Virus genome (UHGV): UHGV-0272165
Strand: one strand, 5' to 3'
DNA from: a virus
Length of the DNA: 37,116 nucleotides
Program-made: the position numbers and the translations under genes
Part shown: positions 31,891 through 37,116 of the stretch, one piece after another
Position numbering within the stretch: the stretch's first letter is position 1
Layout: the number at the start of each line of letters is the position of its first letter
Notes under the pieces: generated by a model
What the model was told of the DNA's origin: nothing
Database searches by the model: none
Seen by the model: only the letters and a program-made list of their open reading frames with translations

Positions 31891-31900
31891 GGAATTTACC

Positions 31901-32068
31901 ATGAGAGGACTTGCATACAATCCCGGAATTCTTCCGGCAGAAATGATTATTCGCCAACGCGTAAAACCAATGCCATCGAGAGAGGAATTGCTTAAAAGAA
32001 AGAGTTTCGGTTCTGTTAATGACAACAAATATCTGAATACGATGTGGCGCAAAGGAGGCAACCAGTGA
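31901..32068 (+). CDS. Hypothetical small protein (55 aa)
   Basis: ATG with GAGGAA SD; internal start within ORF 31748..32068. Confidence 0.3.
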   Translation: MRGLAYNPGILPAEMIIRQRVKPMPSREELLKRKSFGSVNDNKYLNTMWRKGGNQ

Positions 32069-32331
32069 GTGAGTCAAAATGCCAAATTAATGACAATAAG
32101 ATAGAACCGTGCTCGGCGTTGACGCAATCCCTGGAGCATGACGCTGAATACACGACGCGAAAAGGTCTGCTGAAATACAAAATCTATAACCATGCATTAA
32201 TTCATTCACAAGACCTGATCATGCTGCGGTCTGGTGAATTTTCTAAATCGCCGATTCGAGTTTCATTTTGCCCGTTCTGTGGTGAAAGTCTGAAAACGTG
32301 GGAAGCGGAGGCAACCAGTGAGCAAAATTGA
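32065..32331 (+). CDS. Hypothetical Cys-containing small protein
   Basis: GTG start after AAGGAGG; C-terminal CPFCGES motif. Confidence 0.4.
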   Translation: MSESKCQINDNKIEPCSALTQSLEHDAEYTTRKGLLKYKIYNHALIHSQDLIMLRSGEFSKSPIRVSFCPFCGESLKTWEAEATSEQN

Positions 32332-33034
32332 CTATCAGGCACTGCGTGACAAGGCAGAGAAAGCAACGAGTGGTGTGTGGTCGCTAGAATATGGAGAGGA
32401 GAGATTTGATGCTGGTGATGCGCTAATTCATCGTGAAGTTGTTGGATATCTTCCCATTTGCAGAATTGAAGGAGCGCATCCTGAAAGCGGTTTCGATGAA
32501 GATTTCCAAATGGAACAGCAGGCCAATGCTGAATTCATCGCCGCAGCCAATCCGGCTACCGTCTTGGCGCTGCTGGATGAACGGGAAAGGAACCAGCAAT
32601 ACATCAAATCCCGCGATCAGGAGAACGAGGATATTGCGCTAACGGTAGGGAAGCTGCGCGTTGAGCTGGAAGGCAAAGACAGCAAAATAGCCAATCTTAC
32701 CGCCGAACGCGATGCTCTTCGTGAAGGTGAGATGGGCGACGCTAGGCATAGCAACACACGGGCCGCAGCTGATATCTACTTCCAACTGGTCGAGGAGTGC
32801 GAAATTCCTGCTGGCGGTTCTCTGGTCGAGTACGTTGACGATATGCGCGAGAAGCTGGAAGCCGCAGAGAAGCGGATTGCTGAACTGGAAGCGCGGGAAA
32901 TATCGCTCCCAGAACGTAGCAGCATGCTTCATCGAACAGATTTTCACGAGGATTACCAAACGGTAATGGCATACAAAGTTTCTGAAGTCATCGATGCAAT
33001 CCGCGCTACTGGCATTCGCATCAAAGGAGAGTGA
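32318..33034 (+). CDS. Coiled-coil early protein (Ead/Ea22-like, tentative)
   Basis: GTG start after GGAGG; long central coiled coil; family call from memory only. Confidence 0.45.
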   Translation: MSKIDYQALRDKAEKATSGVWSLEYGEERFDAGDALIHREVVGYLPICRIEGAHPESGFDEDFQMEQQANAEFIAAANPATVLALLDERERNQQYIKSRDQENEDIALTVGKLRVELEGKDSKIANLTAERDALREGEMGDARHSNTRAAADIYFQLVEECEIPAGGSLVEYVDDMREKLEAAEKRIAELEAREISLPERSSMLHRTDFHEDYQTVMAYKVSEVIDAIRATGIRIKGE

Positions 33035-33035
33035 T

Positions 33036-33827
33036 ATGAGCACTATCACTAAAGAACGTATCGAATTGTTCATTAAATCCCCGCTTGAAAACGGGCTTAC
33101 CCGTGGTGAACAAATGGAACTGGCACGGATTGCGCTGGCATCGCTGGAAGCAGAGCCTGTGGCGTATATCATTCAGGACTCTGACGCTCGTAGTCGTGGA
33201 GAGAAAGGCATCCTTCGCTATTTCGCAAATATCAGCGACGAGGATATAAACGAGTACGAAATTACCGTAACTCCGCTTTACGCCGCCCCTCCAGAGACGG
33301 TATCTGTGCCTGATGCGATGGAAATGGATGATGACTTTGACAGCGCGTTTGAACACGGAAAAGCTGTCGGCTGGAACGCCTATCGCGCAGCCATGCTTCA
33401 GGCCGAACCTGTAAGTAATAGTGATGAGTTACCGCTGGACTATCTGCAAGGACACAAAGACGGCCTGGAGTGGGCTGCACAATTGGCAGAAGCCAATCAT
33501 CCGCAAACAGGTGACTGGTTGTACGACGACCCAATCGATCTTGCCAGGGCGATTCGCAAAGGTCCTGGTATGCCTACTGTTCAGGCTGGCAACTCTCCGG
33601 GAACTCCGGATAGCTGGATAAGCTGTAGTGTGCGAATGCCTGAAAAGGGCCAGAACGTGCTTATTTCGGTGAATTTCGATAGCTCTCTGGTTGAACCGCT
33701 AATATGCTCCGCACGCTATACCGGAAGCACCTTTCGGCGCGGAGATGCAACGATTAAGCCGGGTAATGGTATTGAGCAAGCAACCCACTGGATGCCACTA
33801 CCGGAACCGCCGCAGGAGGTTAAGTGA
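33036..33827 (+). CDS. Hypothetical early protein with DUF551-like C-terminal region (tentative)
   Basis: ATG with AAGGAGAG SD; C-terminal segment resembles the DUF551 module common in lambdoid early-left operons (from memory). Confidence 0.45.
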   Translation: MSTITKERIELFIKSPLENGLTRGEQMELARIALASLEAEPVAYIIQDSDARSRGEKGILRYFANISDEDINEYEITVTPLYAAPPETVSVPDAMEMDDDFDSAFEHGKAVGWNAYRAAMLQAEPVSNSDELPLDYLQGHKDGLEWAAQLAEANHPQTGDWLYDDPIDLARAIRKGPGMPTVQAGNSPGTPDSWISCSVRMPEKGQNVLISVNFDSSLVEPLICSARYTGSTFRRGDATIKPGNGIEQATHWMPLPEPPQEVK

Positions 33828-34015
33828 GTATGAGTGCATCACTAATAACCGCCTTCAATCAAAGTGCAAATCCAAGCAATGAGCAGGTTGTTGTGTTCGG
33901 CTGGATTGCTGAGTATTTCGAAAGCATTTTCGACGATGAATCCGCTAGGTATTGCAGGAATATTTCTGAATCACTCAAAAATCAGGTTTCTGCTCAACAG
34001 GAGGTGAAGTCGTGA
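33824..34015 (+). CDS. Hypothetical small protein (63 aa)
   Basis: Start overlaps upstream stop; followed by overlapping next start. Confidence 0.4.
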   Translation: MSMSASLITAFNQSANPSNEQVVVFGWIAEYFESIFDDESARYCRNISESLKNQVSAQQEVKS

Positions 34016-34230
34016 GCAAGCACATCATCAAATATGACTATCGAGAGGGAGTTAAACTTGCAAAGCATGAAATAGAAACGTGGTGCGGACATGCGCCACA
34101 ATTTTCAGACTGGTTGTTTCAGGATGCTCAGCACGCGCTGTTGAGCATTGAGCAGGGAACGCTGCTTGTTCCTTGCAAGAATTGTCTGGCAGCAATCATC
34201 AAAACGGCGCAGGAGGTTAACCGTGGCTAA
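34012..34230 (+). CDS. Hypothetical small Cys-containing protein (72 aa)
   Basis: ATGA-type overlap with upstream ORF; CGH...PCKNC motif. Confidence 0.4.
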   Translation: MSKHIIKYDYREGVKLAKHEIETWCGHAPQFSDWLFQDAQHALLSIEQGTLLVPCKNCLAAIIKTAQEVNRG

Positions 34231-34507
34231 CCTGCAACTTTCCGTCAAAGGTGAATACTTCGATGCCATGATTCGTGGAGAGAAAACGGAAGAGTATCGC
34301 CTGTGTAATGACTACTGGAATAAGCGAATTATGTTCCGGGAGTATGACCGCCTGATTATCACAAAGGGATATCCGAAGCGCGACGATTCCAGCCGTAGAA
34401 TTGATGTTCCGTATGACGGATATGAAATCAAGACAATCACACATCCGCACTTCGGTGATAAACCGGTAAAGGTGTTCGCGATAAAGGTGAATATCGGCAA
34501 TGAATAA
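34223..34507 (+). CDS. ASCH-domain-like protein (tentative)
   Basis: GTG start after AGGAGG; GEKTEEYR fits the ASCH G-x-K-x-x-E-x-R signature. Confidence 0.45.
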   Translation: MANLQLSVKGEYFDAMIRGEKTEEYRLCNDYWNKRIMFREYDRLIITKGYPKRDDSSRRIDVPYDGYEIKTITHPHFGDKPVKVFAIKVNIGNE

Positions 34508-34578
34508 CAATCCTCGCAATAGCGGGGATTTCTTTTATCTGAACTCGCTACGGCGGGTTTTGTTTTATGGAGATGATT

Positions 34579-34878
34579 ATGGCCTGTTCAACATTCAACC
34601 CTCTAACGTTACAGAAATACCAGCCAGCCCCTGAAGATTTATGCTCACTGTGTGGCGGAAATCATGGAAAAGCCGCCATGATCGAATGTAAGGACAAAAT
34701 CCACATTTGCCTTAATTGCGTTGATGTCCTCGTTGATATCAAAAATGAGAGAGAAGATAAAAAGCGTAGCGAGGCTATTCGCGCATTAGATTCATGGATG
34801 CGAGATGGGTATAGTGCTGCGCAAATTTATGACCTCGCAATATCAAAAGGCGAAATACCAGGTGTGCGAATCGAATAA
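34579..34878 (+). CDS. Hypothetical zinc-finger-like protein
   Basis: Start at ATG after GGAGA; CSLCGG...HICLNC Cys/His cluster. Confidence 0.4.
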   Translation: MACSTFNPLTLQKYQPAPEDLCSLCGGNHGKAAMIECKDKIHICLNCVDVLVDIKNEREDKKRSEAIRALDSWMRDGYSAAQIYDLAISKGEIPGVRIE

Positions 34879-34898
34879 GAAGCGCACTCAAGCATCTT

Positions 34899-35081
34899 TT
34901 GGAAAAATCACAAATGCACTTCCGAGTCACAGGTGAATGGAATGGAGAGCCATTCAACAGAGTTATCGAAGCAGAGGACATCAACGACTGCTATGACCAC
35001 TGGATGCTGTGGGCGCAGATAGCACATGCAGACGTAACCAATATTCGAATTGAAGAACTGAAAGAACACCAAGCCGCCTGA
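34899..35081 (+). CDS. Hypothetical small protein (60 aa)
   Basis: ORF only; followed by a terminator-like hairpin. Confidence 0.3.
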   Translation: MEKSQMHFRVTGEWNGEPFNRVIEAEDINDCYDHWMLWAQIAHADVTNIRIEELKEHQAA

Positions 35082-35092
35082 TGGCGGTTTTT
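35068..35092 (+). terminator. Intrinsic terminator-like hairpin
   Basis: GCCGCC-TGAT-GGCGG followed by TTTTTTAT. Confidence 0.45.
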
Positions 35093-35103
35093 TATTACCT
35101 GAT

Positions 35104-35119
35104 TTGCAGGTTCGATTCC
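35104..35119 (+). other. tRNA T-arm-like fragment (TTGCAGGTTCGATTCC), possible att-site remnant
   Basis: 16-mer matching the T-arm of tRNA-Arg (argW) as I recall it; no complementary stem follows. Confidence 0.35.
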
Positions 35120-35138
35120 CTATTCGGAGATAGCACTC

Positions 35139-35339
35139 ATGCAACACGAACTACAGCCTGATTCACTGGTTGATTTGAAATTCATCATGGCTGATACTGG
35201 CTTCGGTAAAACCTTCATCTATGACCGGATTAAGTCCGGCGACCTGCCAAAAGCCAAAGTTATCCACGGGCGAGCAAGATGGTTATATCGTGACCATTGT
35301 GAATTCAAAAATAAGCTCTTAAGCCGCGCCAATGGGTAA
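35139..35339 (+). CDS. AlpA/Xis-family small DNA-binding protein (putative excisionase)
   Basis: 66 aa with AlpA-like pattern (TGFGKTFIYDRIKSGDLPKAKVIHGRARWLYRD); last phage-like gene before the att-like sequence. Confidence 0.55.
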   Translation: MQHELQPDSLVDLKFIMADTGFGKTFIYDRIKSGDLPKAKVIHGRARWLYRDHCEFKNKLLSRANG

Positions 35340-35412
35340 AATAGCGGGTAAAATATTTCTCACATCTAAAAAATACCATTCCAATCAATCCCCTGCCGCT
35401 TCAAGTAGATGT

Positions 35413-35427
35413 CTGCAGGGGACACCA
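35413..35427 (+). other. tRNA 3'-end-like core (CTGCAGGGGACACCA); probable prophage-host junction
   Basis: 15-mer matching the 3' end of tRNA-Arg (argW) from memory, with no upstream tRNA body; phage-like sequence to the left, host-like to the right. Confidence 0.45.
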
Positions 35428-35868
35428 GATACCCTTCTAACAATATCTACCTTCGCCCCGTAAAAGATGGGTTTGGCAGCACACTTGCCCTATATCTACT
35501 CATTTTTACTGCAACAGGTTGAAATCTCAGCACTGTCAGAAAGCGCTGATGACTAAACAGCCCTGGGCCGGGCGATGTAACCATCACACAGAATCCTGAT
35601 AGCGAAATATGGCGTGACTCGATACTTCACTCTGCAATGCATTCCTTGATGAATTCGCAGGCCCGTGATACACGGGACAGGTCGCTGAATGACGACAATG
35701 TCCTGGAAATCAGCGAACCGCGTATCCGGAGTACATTTGAGCGACTGTACCAGAACATGAATGAGGCGTTTGGATTAGGTGATTATTAGTTGGGCTAAGC
35801 ATTTTAGTATTATTATTTTCCGGTTGAGGGATATGGAGATATCGACAACAACCGGAAAAAGTTTACGT

Positions 35869-37116
35869 CTATATTGCTGAAGGTACAGGCGTTTCCATCA
35901 CTATTTGCTCGCGTTTTTTACTCAGGAAGAAAATGCCAAATAGCAACATCAGGCAGACAATACCCGAAATTGCGAAGAAAACTGTCTGGTAGCCTGCGTG
36001 GTCAAAGAGTATCCCAGTCGGCGTTGAAAGCAGCACAATCCCAAGCGAACTGGCAATTTGAAAACCAATCAGAAAGATCGTCGACGACAGGCGCTTATCA
36101 AAGTTTGCCACGCTGTATTTGAAGACGGATATGACACAAAGTGGAACCTCAATGGCATGTAACAGCTTCACTAATGAAATAATCCAGGGGTTAACGAACA
36201 GCGCGCAGGAAAGGATACGCAACGCCATAATCACAACACCGATAAGTAATGCATTTTTTGGCCCTACCCGATTCACAAAGAAAGGAATAATCGCCATGCA
36301 CAGCGCTTCGAGTACCACCTGGAATGAGTTGAGATAACCATACAGGCGCGTTCCTACATCGTGTGATTCGAATAAACCTGCATAAAAGACAGGAAAGAAT
36401 TGTTGATCAAAAATGTTATAGAAAGACCACGTCCCCACAATAAATATGACGAAAACCCAGAAGTTTCGATCCTTGAAAACTGCGATAAAATCCTCTTTTT
36501 TTACCCCTCCCGCATCCGCCGCTATGCACTGGTGATCCTTATCTTTAAAACGCATGTTGATCATCATAAATACAGCGCCAAATAGCGAGACCAACCAGAA
36601 GTTGATATGGGGACTGATACTAAAAAATATACCGGCAAAGAACGCGCCAATAGCATAGCCAAAAGATCCCCAGGCGCGCGCTGTTCCATATTCGAAATGA
36701 AAATTTCGCGCCATTTTTTCAGTGAAGCTGTCAAGCAAACCGCAGCCCGCCAGATAACCCAGACCAAAAAAGAGCGCACCCAGAATTAGACCTACAGAAA
36801 AATTGCTTTGCAGTAACGGTTCATAAACGTAAATCATAAACGGTCCAGTCAAGACCAGAATGAAACTCATACACCAGATGAGCGGTTTCTTCAGACCGAG
36901 TTTATCCTGAACGATGCCGTAGAACATCATAAATAGAATGCTGGTAAACTGGTTGACCGAGTAAAGTGTACCTAATTCCGTCCCTGTTAATCCTAGATGT
37001 CCTTTCAGCCAAATAGCGTATAATGACCACCACAGCGACCAGGAAATAAAAAAGAGAAATGAGTAACTGGATGCCAAACGATAGTACGCATTTCTGAATG
37101 GAATATTCAGTGCCAT
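35869..37116 (-). CDS. cscB: LacY-family (oligosaccharide:H+ symporter) MFS sugar permease, probably sucrose permease CscB
   Basis: 415 aa, 12 hydrophobic segments; strong resemblance to LacY (GTRLYGYLNSFQ, NRVGPKNALL); N-terminus MALNIPFRNAYYR matches my recollection of CscB. Confidence 0.7.
   Translation of the reverse strand: MALNIPFRNAYYRLASSYSFLFFISWSLWWSLYAIWLKGHLGLTGTELGTLYSVNQFTSILFMMFYGIVQDKLGLKKPLIWCMSFILVLTGPFMIYVYEPLLQSNFSVGLILGALFFGLGYLAGCGLLDSFTEKMARNFHFEYGTARAWGSFGYAIGAFFAGIFFSISPHINFWLVSLFGAVFMMINMRFKDKDHQCIAADAGGVKKEDFIAVFKDRNFWVFVIFIVGTWSFYNIFDQQFFPVFYAGLFESHDVGTRLYGYLNSFQVVLEALCMAIIPFFVNRVGPKNALLIGVVIMALRILSCALFVNPWIISLVKLLHAIEVPLCVISVFKYSVANFDKRLSSTIFLIGFQIASSLGIVLLSTPTGILFDHAGYQTVFFAISGIVCLMLLFGIFFLSKKREQIVMETPVPSAI

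Noticed and set aside
35428-35868. Truncated plus-strand reading frame (ending ...FERLYQNMNEAFGLGDY) as an integrase remnant
   Set aside because: It has no recognisable tyrosine-recombinase motifs and lies on the host side of the att-like core.

Overview
Almost the whole window (1 to about 35427) is a mosaic lambdoid prophage with no integrase; the last ~1.7 kb is host DNA carrying a LacY-family sugar permease (probably cscB). All homology calls are from reading the translations against remembered phage proteins; no search was run. Minus strand, left to right: a P22-like virion module (tailspike with P22 gp9-type N-terminal domain and a different receptor-binding body; ejection proteins gp16/gp20/gp7-like; needle gp26; gp10; gp4; coat gp5; scaffold gp8; portal gp1; terminase gp2/gp3), a low-GC accessory slot (15.6-17.8 kb) with an S1 trypsin-like serine protease and small partner ORFs, lambda-type lysis genes (Rz/Rz1, R, S), two tRNA genes (Thr-UGU, Asn-GUU) inserted into a lambda-like pR'/tR' leader, Q, a nin region (NinI, H, G, F, E, B), Ren, a DnaC-like loader, an O-like initiator with internal origin repeats, cII and cro. 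Plus strand from 26.8 kb: cI (LexA-like), a co-oriented low-GC 3-TM membrane protein in the position lambda gives to rexAB, OL operators and nutL, N (P22 gene 24-like), a run of small early-left genes, a Rad52/Erf-like annealing protein, SSB, Ea22-like/DUF551/ASCH-like ORFs and an AlpA/Xis-family gene. tRNA-Arg-like fragments flank that last gene, consistent with an argW-type attachment site. The two best candidates for an undescribed function are the protease cassette (16206-17230) and the cI-linked membrane protein (27528-27896); both are unassigned by me, and whether they are new needs database searches I cannot run.
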